A stretch of 60,554 nt of DNA, filler included. It is 6 parts of 6 records of this genome, joined end to end, with 100 filler letters (N's around TTAATTAATTAA, not from the genome) between each part and the next. Parts side by side here need not be neighbours in the genome. Positions count along the whole stretch, not along the records: positions 42,346 to 51,695 come from DRR723986_3056; positions 51,796 to 60,554 come from DRR723986_3072; 4 more parts are not named here. One strand, given 5' to 3'. A program made the position numbers and the translations under genes. Shown in pieces: positions 49,880 through 59,219 of the stretch (the first letter of the stretch is position 1; each line of letters opens with the position of its first letter). The notes beneath the pieces were generated by a model. It was not told the DNA's origin and ran no database searches. It saw only the letters and a list, made by a program, of their open reading frames with translations.

Positions 49880-51094
49880 TCAGCGGTAGCTGAGCCCCAT
49901 AGCTGCACGGACTTCTTCCAGAGTATCGCGGGCGGCATCGCGCGCATGCTCTCGCCCTTCCTGCAAAATGGAATGGACCAGATCCGGGTTGCTCTCGTAT
50001 TCCCGGGCGCGCTCATGCAGCGGCTTCTGCTCTTCAATGATGGCATCGATCAGTGGTTTCTTGCAGTCCAGGCAACCAATGCCGGCGCTGCGACAGCCTT
50101 CCTGTACCCACTGGCAGGTTTGCTCGTCCGAGTAGACTTTGTGCATACCCCAGACCGGACACTTCTCCGGTTCGCCCGGGTCTGTCCGGCGCACCCGCTG
50201 CGGGTCGGTCTGCATGGTCCGGATCTTTTGCGCAACACTGTCCGGATCTTCACGCAAGCCAATGTAATTGTTGTAGGACTTGGACATTTTCTGGCCATCC
50301 AGCCCTGGCATCTTGGATTCCGGTGTCAACAGCGGCTGAGGTTCCGGCAAGATCACTTTGCCGCCGCCTTCAATGAAGCCATAAAGCCGCTCGCGGTCAC
50401 CCAGAGAAATGTTCTGCTGTTCTTTCAGCAGGGCCCGAGCGGTTTCCAGTGCCTCAAAATCACCTTCTTCCTGATAGCGCTTTTTCAGGCTGCGGTAGAG
50501 TTTGGCGTTCTTTTTACCCATCTTGACGATAGCCGCCTCAGCCTGTTCTTCGAAACCGGGCTCTCGGCCATAGATGTGATTGAACCGGCGGGCAATTTCC
50601 CGGGTTATCTCAACATGGGATACCTGGTCTGCCCCCACCGGCACCTTGCCAGCCCGGTACATCAGGATATCCGCAGTCTGCAGCAGCGGGTAACCAAGGA
50701 AGCCGTAGGTGGCCAGATCCTTTTCCCGCAGTTTCTCCTGCTGATCCTTGTAGGTGGGAATGCGCTCCAGCCAGCCCAGGGGCGTGATCATAGACAACAA
50801 CAGGTGCAGCTCGGCGTGTTCCGGTACCTGGGACTGGATAAACATGGTGGACGAGCCCGGATTAACTCCGGCCGCCAGCCAGTCGATGACCATATCCCAT
50901 ACGCTTTGCTCAATGCCTGAGGGATCATCGTATTGCGTGGTCAGGGCGTGCCAGTCCGCCACAAAGAAGAAGCACTCATACTCGTGCTGGAGCTTGACCC
51001 AGTTTTTCAGCACACCATGGTAGTGGCCGAGGTGCAGCTTGCCGGTCGGACGCATGCCGGACAACACTCTTTGCTGGGAATCGACAGAACTCAA
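49880..51094 (-). CDS. trpS: Tryptophan--tRNA ligase
   Basis: SGMRPTGKLHLGH (HIGH), YPLLQTADIL, VPVGADQ, KMSKS. Confidence 0.96.
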   Translation of the reverse strand: MSSVDSQQRVLSGMRPTGKLHLGHYHGVLKNWVKLQHEYECFFFVADWHALTTQYDDPSGIEQSVWDMVIDWLAAGVNPGSSTMFIQSQVPEHAELHLLLSMITPLGWLERIPTYKDQQEKLREKDLATYGFLGYPLLQTADILMYRAGKVPVGADQVSHVEITREIARRFNHIYGREPGFEEQAEAAIVKMGKKNAKLYRSLKKRYQEEGDFEALETARALLKEQQNISLGDRERLYGFIEGGGKVILPEPQPLLTPESKMPGLDGQKMSKSYNNYIGLREDPDSVAQKIRTMQTDPQRVRRTDPGEPEKCPVWGMHKVYSDEQTCQWVQEGCRSAGIGCLDCKKPLIDAIIEEQKPLHERAREYESNPDLVHSILQEGREHARDAARDTLEEVRAAMGLSYR

Positions 51095-51235
51095 AGCACG
51101 AACTCCTTCTTTCTGTTTATAGAGCGCCGGAGATCAGCGCCTAAACCGGCCGCTGAAATCAGGCTGACCGGGCATTATAGTCTTTACACTCGCCGGCGTT
51201 AAGCAATGCGGCACAAAACCGAGGCTCTATAACGC

Positions 51236-51270
51236 AAAACCCCCGGAATTCTCGCGAATCCGGGGGTTTT
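51236..51270 (-). terminator. Terminator of sucD (bidirectional type)
   Basis: AAAACCCCCGG...CCGGGGGTTTT. Confidence 0.8.
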
Positions 51271-51289
51271 GGTGAAGCTCAGGGCTGCT

Positions 51290-51695
51290 TTACCAGCCAG
51301 TCACTTCCTTCAGGGCCTTGCCGATTTCGGCCAGGCTGCGCACGGTTTTAACACCGGCGTCTTCCAGGGCAGCAAACTTCTCGTCCGCCGTACCCTTACC
51401 ACCAGAGATGATGGCGCCAGCATGGCCCATACGCTTGCCCGGAGGTGCAGTGACACCGGCAATGTAGGAAACCACCGGCTTGGTGACGTTCTCTTTGATG
51501 AACGCAGCCGCTTCTTCCTCAGCGGTACCACCGATCTCACCAATCATGACGATGGCTTCGGTTTCCGGATCTTCCTGAAGCAGCTTCAGAATGTCGATGA
51601 AGTTGGAGCCAGGAATCGGGTCGCCACCGATACCGATACAGGTGGACTGACCGTAGCCGAAGTCCGTGGTCTGCTTGACCGCTTCGTAGGTCAGG
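51290..51695 (-). CDS. sucD: Succinyl-CoA synthetase alpha subunit, 5' truncated
   Basis: LTYEAV..., GIGGDP, GEIGG, MGHAGA. Confidence 0.95.
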
Positions 51696-51795
51696 NNNNN
51701 NNNNNNNNNNNNNNNNNNNNNNNNNNNNNNNNNNNNNNNTTAATTAATTAANNNNNNNNNNNNNNNNNNNNNNNNNNNNNNNNNNNNNNNNNNNN
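51696..51795. other. Artificial contig spacer
   Basis: N-run/TTAATTAATTAA/N-run. Confidence 0.98.
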
Positions 51796-51849
51796 CATCA
51801 ACATTGACGCCATCAGCGCCGCGATCATTGGGTTCTTATTGTTTCTCAT
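51796..51849 (-). CDS. Start of an exported protein (signal peptide only, truncated)
   Basis: MRNNKNPMIAALMASMLM; basic N-terminus plus hydrophobic core, directly downstream of the beta-helix gene. Confidence 0.55.
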
Positions 51850-51869
51850 CTGAAATGCTCTCTTGCCAC

Positions 51870-51905
51870 GGAAGGGGCCGCCAGGCTGTTCTGGCGGCCC
51901 CTTCC
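51870..51905. other. Perfect 15-bp intergenic stem-loop
   Basis: GGAAGGGGCCGCCAG-gctgtt-CTGGCGGCCCCTTCC; no U-tract. Confidence 0.75.
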
Positions 51906-51946
51906 TGTCTTGATGGATGCGGGCGATCATGAATCCGGCGTTGCGC

Positions 51947-53539
51947 TTAGAGCGCACAGGCCGCTTCTGCCAGGTCATCACCGGTACAGCCGTAGATGTT
52001 GTTGCGGAAATTCACCACGGCAGGTGCCAGTCTCGGCTGGACACAACTCAGGTAGGTATTGTTGACCATCTGATCAATCAACAGATGCGGCAACGGGTTA
52101 CCCTCACCATCCACCTGCGTCACATCGGCAGGGTCGTCGGGGTATACCAGGCCGGTGTTGACCTCTTCGTAGGCCGGCGCCGGGTTAGCGTTGATATTGC
52201 TGTTGGCGCAGATCTGGTCGCCAGCACCATACGGATCATAGTTCACGCCATCCGCCTGAGCGTCCGGACCAACCAGTGCATTGAATCCCGCCAAATCACC
52301 GGTGTTGGAGAGCAGTTCCCCAATACCGTCGTAGAGGATAGCCGGGAAGGTCTGGGGCCAGCCTTTGCTGTTCATATTGGAGCCGTAGCCATCAATGATG
52401 GGTTGCAGCAAGGCTCCCTGTGGGTCATCGCCGTTACGGGCAATGGTATTGTTGTGCAGGTACACGTTTTTGAGGGTTGGGCTCCAGCCGTCACCCATGG
52501 TGGCACCGTAGTTGGCGGGGTAGTTGGCCAGATCATCATCCACCAGCAAGTAGCTGGTAATGGCGACGGCCGTTGTAGCGTTGTCCGTAAGCTGATTGTT
52601 GTACATCTCCACATCGCTGGTGGCGAGGATCAGAGCGCCAGTACCAGGCGGCACCAGCCCGACCACGCCGGCCCCGACATTGGCTGCGTTGTTGCTGTAG
52701 GCGTGATTATTGAAAATCCGGACGTTACCGCCATAGGCTTTATCCAGCCCCGGCAAGTCAAACACCAGAATACCACCGGAATTGCCCACCGCGATGTTGT
52801 TGTAGACGTCGGCCATAGTGGAATTCTCAATTTCGATACCAGCCACGTTTTGCTTGGCCGTGTTATTGCGAACAACAATGTTCTCAGACTGACCAACATA
52901 GATTCCGGCATCCGCCGATCCGAAGGCATAGTTGTTCTCCAGCAACACATTCTGACTCTTGAGCGGATACAAGCCATAGGCACCATTGTTAGCCTCAAGC
53001 TCGCCCTCCCATACGGTGGCGGTGTACGTCATGTGAATGCCATTGACGTTGGTGGCCTTGATGCCGTTCTTGGGTGCCTCGTACACCGCCATATCACGCA
53101 CGGTAATGCCATTCCCGCCCTGGAAACGAAAGGCGTCATCACCATTGGAGGTGCTGAAATCGAGAACGGTTTCGTGAATACCATGCCCGGTCAGTGTTAA
53201 CCCGCTTGCGCTGTTCACAACGATGCTTTCGGTCACCACAAATCGTCCTTTTGGCAACACCACAAGAGCATCTTCAGGAAGATCAAAAAGGGCGACCGAC
53301 AAGGCTTCCGTAATGTCATCCCCATCAACGGCATCGGGAGCCACCAGGATCGCATCACCCGGGATCGCAAACCCGGACGTGGTAACTGCGAGCGGAGAAC
53401 TGGCTTCGCCACCGGCTGACTGCCCGTCGGCACCATCCTTGCCGTCTTTACCATCGTCGCCGTCACAGCCGGCAAGCAAAAGCCCCCCGGACATGGCGGT
53501 AATAAGGAGTAGTTTTTTGAACGTATGAGACTGGCGCAT
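51947..53539 (-). CDS. Parallel beta-helix lipoprotein (TIGR03805-like)
   Basis: Lipobox LAGC, GxD repeats, NGAYGLYP, GSADAGIYVGQS, NVAGIEIENS, GILVFDLP. Confidence 0.85.
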   Translation of the reverse strand: MRQSHTFKKLLLITAMSGGLLLAGCDGDDGKDGKDGADGQSAGGEASSPLAVTTSGFAIPGDAILVAPDAVDGDDITEALSVALFDLPEDALVVLPKGRFVVTESIVVNSASGLTLTGHGIHETVLDFSTSNGDDAFRFQGGNGITVRDMAVYEAPKNGIKATNVNGIHMTYTATVWEGELEANNGAYGLYPLKSQNVLLENNYAFGSADAGIYVGQSENIVVRNNTAKQNVAGIEIENSTMADVYNNIAVGNSGGILVFDLPGLDKAYGGNVRIFNNHAYSNNAANVGAGVVGLVPPGTGALILATSDVEMYNNQLTDNATTAVAITSYLLVDDDLANYPANYGATMGDGWSPTLKNVYLHNNTIARNGDDPQGALLQPIIDGYGSNMNSKGWPQTFPAILYDGIGELLSNTGDLAGFNALVGPDAQADGVNYDPYGAGDQICANSNINANPAPAYEEVNTGLVYPDDPADVTQVDGEGNPLPHLLIDQMVNNTYLSCVQPRLAPAVVNFRNNIYGCTGDDLAEAACAL

Positions 53540-53758
53540 CGTATCCTCGGCTGACCGTGTTGTTTTTATTGAAGTGCTCCCCTGAGGGGCGGCGTGCAAA
53601 TTGACATTAAGCAAGGTCAAACCGGTACGCGAGAACAACCGATATGCAGAAAAGCACAAGGCCTGTGCAATATCTTCAAAGGCTTGTGAGACAGGGGCTG
53701 AAGGCCGAAAAAAATGAGACTGTGCAAAACCTGAAATGACACAGATTGCAGGATTTAA

Positions 53759-54802
53759 TCAGGATTTGTCGGTTCCCTCCAACTGCTGGCGAAACTCTGT
53801 CGGCGTGGTACTCATAATGTCCCGAAAGGCTCTGTTGAAGGAACTCAGGGTTCGGTAGCCGACATCCAGTGATATATTGAGAACCGGCGTTTCCGGTTCA
53901 CTCTGCAAGCGCTCTGCGGCATCGGCAACCCTGAGCTGGTTTATGTAGTCATTGAAATTACGGTAGCCGAGTGTCTGGTTAATGACCTTGCGCAGCCGAT
54001 ACTCCGGTATTTCAGTCGCTTCCGACAGCTTCCTGAGGGTCAGTTTTTCGGTTCGGTAGAAGCCTGAGGCCATGAGCCGGCCAAGCGCCCCGGCATCCTG
54101 GGACTGCTGCACGGAAGGCCCGTCCGGTGCGTCAGCAGGCGGCCTCTGAACCTCAACGTCAAAGCGGGTTTTCGCCGGTTGATCATGGTCCACCAGCTCC
54201 ATGATCCCACTGCGGGCAGTCACCAGGCAGATCAATGCGGCGAACGCGGCAAGCCCTGTAATAATCCCGCGAATGTATTCGTGGTAGATCCCGAAGTTAA
54301 GACTCACTGTCGCCACACCAACGGCAATGCCAATGATCAACAGAAAAGCGAGCCTTGCCTTCCGACGAGTCTCAACCAGATCATTTCGCCAGTATCGCAC
54401 CACAAAACTGAGCCCATGCAGCACCACTATGTATTCAAAAAACTGCCCTAACCGCCAGCCGAAAAACACCGCCACAGCGGGCGATTCCCCGGGAACCACG
54501 AAGGGCCGGGCCAACGCGGGGGCAATAAAACTGTATAGGGCCATAGCGCCCCAGACGGACTTCAGGCGCGGACGCGGAGCAAAGATTAACTGGCACAGCA
54601 ACCAGAACAGGCCTGGTAAGGCGGTTTGAAGATCAGACGTAATCCAGCGCCACTCTCGGGGAATCAGCGGGTCAATCAGAAACGCGGCGGAGGTGAGAGT
54701 CACCAGGAGAAACACCCGGCCAACCAGCAAGTGTCGGAAGTCCCTCAGGGTAATTGCAAAAAGCGGCAGCAGGCAACCAAGCCCGAAGCCCGTCAGAAGC
54801 AT
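53759..54802 (-). CDS. Membrane-anchored AraC-family regulator
   Basis: About 7 TM segments, then LTLRKLS...INQTLGYRNFNDYINQLR...VGYRTLSSFNRAFR. Confidence 0.9.
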   Translation of the reverse strand: MLLTGFGLGCLLPLFAITLRDFRHLLVGRVFLLVTLTSAAFLIDPLIPREWRWITSDLQTALPGLFWLLCQLIFAPRPRLKSVWGAMALYSFIAPALARPFVVPGESPAVAVFFGWRLGQFFEYIVVLHGLSFVVRYWRNDLVETRRKARLAFLLIIGIAVGVATVSLNFGIYHEYIRGIITGLAAFAALICLVTARSGIMELVDHDQPAKTRFDVEVQRPPADAPDGPSVQQSQDAGALGRLMASGFYRTEKLTLRKLSEATEIPEYRLRKVINQTLGYRNFNDYINQLRVADAAERLQSEPETPVLNISLDVGYRTLSSFNRAFRDIMSTTPTEFRQQLEGTDKS

Positions 54803-54878
54803 CACGGTTTTTCACCTTTTATTGTTATTTATCTATGTCACTGGTCTATCAGGACGACCAGTTTACCCCAACGTCCAC

Positions 54879-55787
54879 TTAATCGCTCCGACGCATGCGC
54901 TCGGCATCCAACAACGCCCGCTTTCGCTCCAGACCCCAGCGATAACCGCCAAGGCCGCCATCACCTCGCAGTACCCGATGGCAAGGAATCAGCACGCCAA
55001 TCCGGTTCTTGCCACAAGCCGACGCCACGGCCCGCACCGCCTTGGGCTTGTCGATCTTCGCGGCCACCTCGCTGTAGCTCAGGACATCGCCCTCGCGGAT
55101 ACTCAACAGAAACTGCCAGACTTTTACCTGAAACGCGGTGCCTCGCATATCCAACGGCAAATCCGGCCGTGGGGCTCCCGCACTGATATGCTGATCCAGG
55201 GCCTCCATCCAGGCATCAAGTTCCGGGGCGTTCCGGGCTGGTGAGGCGATCAGCTCGGCCTTAGGAAATTCTGATCTCAATCGGCCCACCAGCGACGCTT
55301 CATCGTCACCGAATTCCACAAAACAAACACCCCTATCCGTGGCCGCCATCATCATCAGCCCCAGTGCGGTGGTCCGGCCGGCATAGACGATGACTTCACC
55401 CGCACCACCGGCCCGATAGGTCCTGGGCGGCATACCGATGCTACGGTTCGCTTCCCCATAGACACGACTTACCGAACCAAACCCGGAGGCGAATATTGCG
55501 TCCGTCACTTTACTCCCGTCTTTCAGGGATTGCTTGAAGCGGCGCATACGGACGGCATCCTGATAGGCTTTTGGAGAGACACCAAACGCCGCCTTGAACT
55601 GTTTCTGTAAACGGGACGGTGACAGAGCGGCCACCTTCGCCAGGCTCGAGAGCGTGAGTGCTTCATCGGCGTGCATCTCGATGTGCTGTGCCACCCTGAC
55701 CAGCCTGGCCACCCGTGCACTTTCCCCTGCCGCAGAGTCGCCGACGCCTGTCATCCAATCGCTATCCTGTTCCGAGGAGCGGGACAT
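54879..55787 (-). CDS. ada: Ada-like AraC-HTH / O6-methylguanine-DNA methyltransferase lacking the N-terminal Zn domain
   Basis: HTH (LSPSRLQKQFKAAFGVSPKAY), GTAFQVKVW, IPCHRV, GGYRWG; no CRPSC motif. Confidence 0.8.
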   Translation of the reverse strand: MSRSSEQDSDWMTGVGDSAAGESARVARLVRVAQHIEMHADEALTLSSLAKVAALSPSRLQKQFKAAFGVSPKAYQDAVRMRRFKQSLKDGSKVTDAIFASGFGSVSRVYGEANRSIGMPPRTYRAGGAGEVIVYAGRTTALGLMMMAATDRGVCFVEFGDDEASLVGRLRSEFPKAELIASPARNAPELDAWMEALDQHISAGAPRPDLPLDMRGTAFQVKVWQFLLSIREGDVLSYSEVAAKIDKPKAVRAVASACGKNRIGVLIPCHRVLRGDGGLGGYRWGLERKRALLDAERMRRSD

Positions 55788-55903
55788 CTCATCACCCTTT
55801 TAATCATGGTCGTAGCGATGAGTAAAACCGACTTCGCCAATGGTTTCCATCCGATTGTTGCCGCCATTGATTTCCGGTTCTGCCCCGCTGACAATGGCAG
55901 GCC

Positions 55904-56332
55904 CTAGCTCGAGACGGTTTGACACACTCCCAAAGCCTGCGCCTTCACGTACTCACAAAACGCCTCGACCTCCGGGTTATGGAATTCGTCCGAAATAAAC
56001 TCACTGGGAATCAGCCCTTCATCCCAGCGCGTTGTCACCAGTGTCAACTCAGGGGTGGCGTCATCGTCTGAATAAATGCGGACCACTGCCGTGGTTTGAT
56101 GAATGTACAGGTCCCGGAGTGATCGGCTGCAACGCAGGCTGTCCGCAGGCTGATCGGCATGGCACTGATACCCCGAGCCGCTGAAGAAATCGCGGGCAAC
56201 CGACAACAGCTCCCCTGCTTCCTGCCCGGCAGATGAGGATAGATGAATGGAACGGGGCACGTCCCCGATCACGTTGGTGCAACCCGACAGCACAAGCGCT
56301 CCGACAATCACTAATGATCTGAAAACCTTCAC
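55904..56332 (-). CDS. Hypothetical lipoprotein (142 aa)
   Basis: GTG start, lipobox LSGC, four further Cys. Confidence 0.7.
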   Translation of the reverse strand: MKVFRSLVIVGALVLSGCTNVIGDVPRSIHLSSSAGQEAGELLSVARDFFSGSGYQCHADQPADSLRCSRSLRDLYIHQTTAVVRIYSDDDATPELTLVTTRWDEGLIPSEFISDEFHNPEVEAFCEYVKAQALGVCQTVSS

Positions 56333-56354
56333 AACAATGCCCCCGCCTAAAGTG

Positions 56355-57293
56355 TCAGAACGCAAACCGCACCGAGCCCTCACCCTGGGCATGCAGCCAG
56401 CGTCGCCAGTCCAGGCCCAGCATGTTGACCCCGCCGATGTAGTTGTCGTCTACTAGGTAATACGAGAGTGTGCGGTCACCTCGGTTGAAGTTATGCATCA
56501 GCCGCACCAGAAAACTGCGGCGCGTGGGCTTGGCAAGCAGGAAATAGACAAACTGGCCAGCCTGGGCACGCACGCTGCCGCTACCAGACATATCGGAGTG
56601 TCGCCACTTGTTGCTGGGCAGTTTCAGGAATTGGTCGATGCCGGTTAACCGGCCCTGTTCACGGGCTTTAGCGACAATCCATCGGTTTTCCGGGTGGCTC
56701 TCGAAATACAGGCCGGCGTCATCCCGTTCCAGCATCTCCATCTGCTCGGCAAGCCCCTCGTTCAACCAGGCGGGAGCATAGGGGACGATGGAATTTACAA
56801 CCGCATGACTGACCTCATGCTTGATGGTTCTGAAGGTGCGTTCCCTGTCCTCCTGAATATACACCACGATCTGATGCTCAGATGGCATGTACAAACCGTA
56901 GGATGCAACCAGCCAGCCCCTGTCCCGTTGAATCAGGTAGTTCCGGTAACTGACCATATCCTTGAAAATCAGAATATTAACGGGAACCGTCCGGTACATA
57001 TCGAAAGACAGCACGTGGTCGTAAAACTCGTAAACATGGTTCACGCCATCGACAATCTGCTGGTTTTCCTCGGCAGTCAGCTCCAGATCAACCGTTTCAA
57101 TGCGGATTTCAAAACGCGACCATTCAGACGCCCTGGGCTTCACGTCAACCACTTCCTGTTTAACGCTATGGTCCTGGCGGTCGCTGAAGTGCACCTTGCC
57201 GTGCTCATCTACCCATTTGTAGATCTTTGCATGCCCTGCCGTCGCTACAAGTAGTAGCAGCACGAGCACTGTGGTTTGAAAGGTAGCCAACAT
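56355..57293 (-). CDS. Exported DUF4124 + zinc-metallopeptidase-like (MA clan) protein
   Basis: Signal peptide; IYKWVDEHGKVHFSD (DUF4124); HEVSH...WLNEGLAE gluzincin motif. Confidence 0.78.
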   Translation of the reverse strand: MLATFQTTVLVLLLLVATAGHAKIYKWVDEHGKVHFSDRQDHSVKQEVVDVKPRASEWSRFEIRIETVDLELTAEENQQIVDGVNHVYEFYDHVLSFDMYRTVPVNILIFKDMVSYRNYLIQRDRGWLVASYGLYMPSEHQIVVYIQEDRERTFRTIKHEVSHAVVNSIVPYAPAWLNEGLAEQMEMLERDDAGLYFESHPENRWIVAKAREQGRLTGIDQFLKLPSNKWRHSDMSGSGSVRAQAGQFVYFLLAKPTRRSFLVRLMHNFNRGDRTLSYYLVDDNYIGGVNMLGLDWRRWLHAQGEGSVRFAF

Positions 57294-57399
57294 GATCCGA
57301 GTAGACACCGCTTAAAAGCTGACAGATGATTATATCCGAATCATACAGGGCGATAGACCAGAAGGCATCCAACACACCACCGTAACGTCGCTTAACCAG

Positions 57400-59157
57400 T
57401 CAATAGGCCTTACGATACTGCCCCCGATAATCGAAGATTCGCTCCTGCACTTGCCAGTAATGCTTCTGCTTGCGAGCAATCACGAAATCCGGCGCGGGTA
57501 ACAGCACCTGCATCTCCAGCACCTCATTTGCCCGGGCAAAGACTTTCGGAGCCTGGCCATTGGCAAACCGTCGGCCAAACAGCTTGTTGAACACGGCGCG
57601 CTGGGCGGGCTTGCTGAAATCGAAAAACTCCCGGAGTTCCTCCCCGTCTTCTCCGTGGTAAGTCATCCGAAGTTTTTGGCCTTCTCCCGCCAGAGAAATG
57701 CCGGCGCATCGGATGACCATGGCATCCTTAAGCTTCAGGGCATCCCGCAGTTGATCATCCGGGTCGATAATCGCCTGGTGGCAGTGCCCGCAGTTGCGGG
57801 CAGCGATGTCGTTCTCACCACCACAATGTGGACATTCCTTGAACCGGAACCGGTAGTCGCATTGCTGTGGCCGCCCAGCGTCATCTTCTATGGATTCCAG
57901 CAGGCCCTGGCACCGGCGGCCATAATGCTCAACGACACGACCGTCGCTGTCGGTTTTGCCCCAGAAGATGTTGGCAAAACCGCAGCCCGGGCAGAACACC
58001 TGCACCGGTTCACTGTCAGCGTTGGGCTTCGGCTCCCCAACTTCCGGGTGGTGCAGGTTGACATGATTGCCGGCGTAATCAATCACCAGGCAATCCTGTT
58101 TCCCCTCATCCAACCGCAGGCCTCGGCCGACAATCTGCTGATACAGGCTTACCGACTGAGTAGGCCGCAAGATGGCGATCAGGTCCACATGGGGGGCATC
58201 AAACCCGGTCGTCAGCACAGACACATTCACCAGGTACTTCAACTGCCGTTGTTTGAAGCGCTGGATCAGCTGGTCGCGATCTCGAAGATCAGTCGCGCCG
58301 GTCACCAGGGCGGTTTCCTGCTCAGGCAAATACCCGGCAATTTCCTGCGCGTGCTGCACTGTCGCCGCGAAAATCATCACCCCCTGGCGCTCGGCTGCCA
58401 TCTCCATCACCTGTTCGATGATGGCACGTGTCACCCGCTGATGTTTGCTCAACAACTGGTTGACGTCTTTCTCGGCGTATTCGCCAAAGCGGTCCTGCGT
58501 GAGTGCGGAGAAATCGTATTGGGCCACAGCCGCGTTAACCAATTCAGGCCGGGTGAGGTAACCACGGTTGATCATGTAGCTCAGGAGCAATTCGTAGATG
58601 CAGTGCCGGAAAGGCTTGTCCTGTTCGTCATCAGAACCACGAACAAAACCCCGGTAGTGGTAACGATAGATCCATCCCATGGCCAGGCGGTAGGGAGTGG
58701 CGGTGAGCCCAAGCACCTTCAGGGAGTCATTCTGCTGCCGTAAAAGCTCAATGATCCGCTGGTACTGGCTGGTTTCCTCGCCACTCACCCGGTGGCACTC
58801 ATCGATAATAACCAGCGAGTATTCATCCCGGAACTGGTCCAGATTCGCCGCCACCGACTGCACGCTGGCAAAGGTCACCTGATGGTGGTTCTCCTTGCGC
58901 TTTAGCCCGGCCGCAAAGATTCCCCCCGACAAACCATAACTCTGATACTTGGCGTGATTCTGCTCCACCAGTTCCTTCACATGGGTCAGGACCAGAATCT
59001 TTCGGCGCGCAAGGCGAGCCAACTCGGCAATCACCAGGCTCTTGCCGGCACCGGTCGGCAGCACAATGACCGCAGATTCATCCGATTTACGGAAGTGGTT
59101 CAGCGTGGCGTCGACGGCTTCCTGCTGGTAAGGCCGAAGCTGGAAAGGAGCATTCAT
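57400..59157 (-). CDS. radD: RadD/YejH-family SF2 DNA repair helicase
   Basis: [29 protein letters not shown]-terminal Cys zinc fingers; 585 aa. Confidence 0.88.
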   Translation of the reverse strand: MNAPFQLRPYQQEAVDATLNHFRKSDESAVIVLPTGAGKSLVIAELARLARRKILVLTHVKELVEQNHAKYQSYGLSGGIFAAGLKRKENHHQVTFASVQSVAANLDQFRDEYSLVIIDECHRVSGEETSQYQRIIELLRQQNDSLKVLGLTATPYRLAMGWIYRYHYRGFVRGSDDEQDKPFRHCIYELLLSYMINRGYLTRPELVNAAVAQYDFSALTQDRFGEYAEKDVNQLLSKHQRVTRAIIEQVMEMAAERQGVMIFAATVQHAQEIAGYLPEQETALVTGATDLRDRDQLIQRFKQRQLKYLVNVSVLTTGFDAPHVDLIAILRPTQSVSLYQQIVGRGLRLDEGKQDCLVIDYAGNHVNLHHPEVGEPKPNADSEPVQVFCPGCGFANIFWGKTDSDGRVVEHYGRRCQGLLESIEDDAGRPQQCDYRFRFKECPHCGGENDIAARNCGHCHQAIIDPDDQLRDALKLKDAMVIRCAGISLAGEGQKLRMTYHGEDGEELREFFDFSKPAQRAVFNKLFGRRFANGQAPKVFARANEVLEMQVLLPAPDFVIARKQKHYWQVQERIFDYRGQYRKAY

Positions 59158-59219
59158 GTTGCCGGACTTAGATCATCAACCCAGTGAAAAGTCCGACATG
59201 GTAGCAAATGTGTTAGGCG

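Noticed and set aside
55845..55875. Ada box upstream of the ada-like gene
   Set aside because: GCAA is present but the AAT-N6-GCAA spacing is not met
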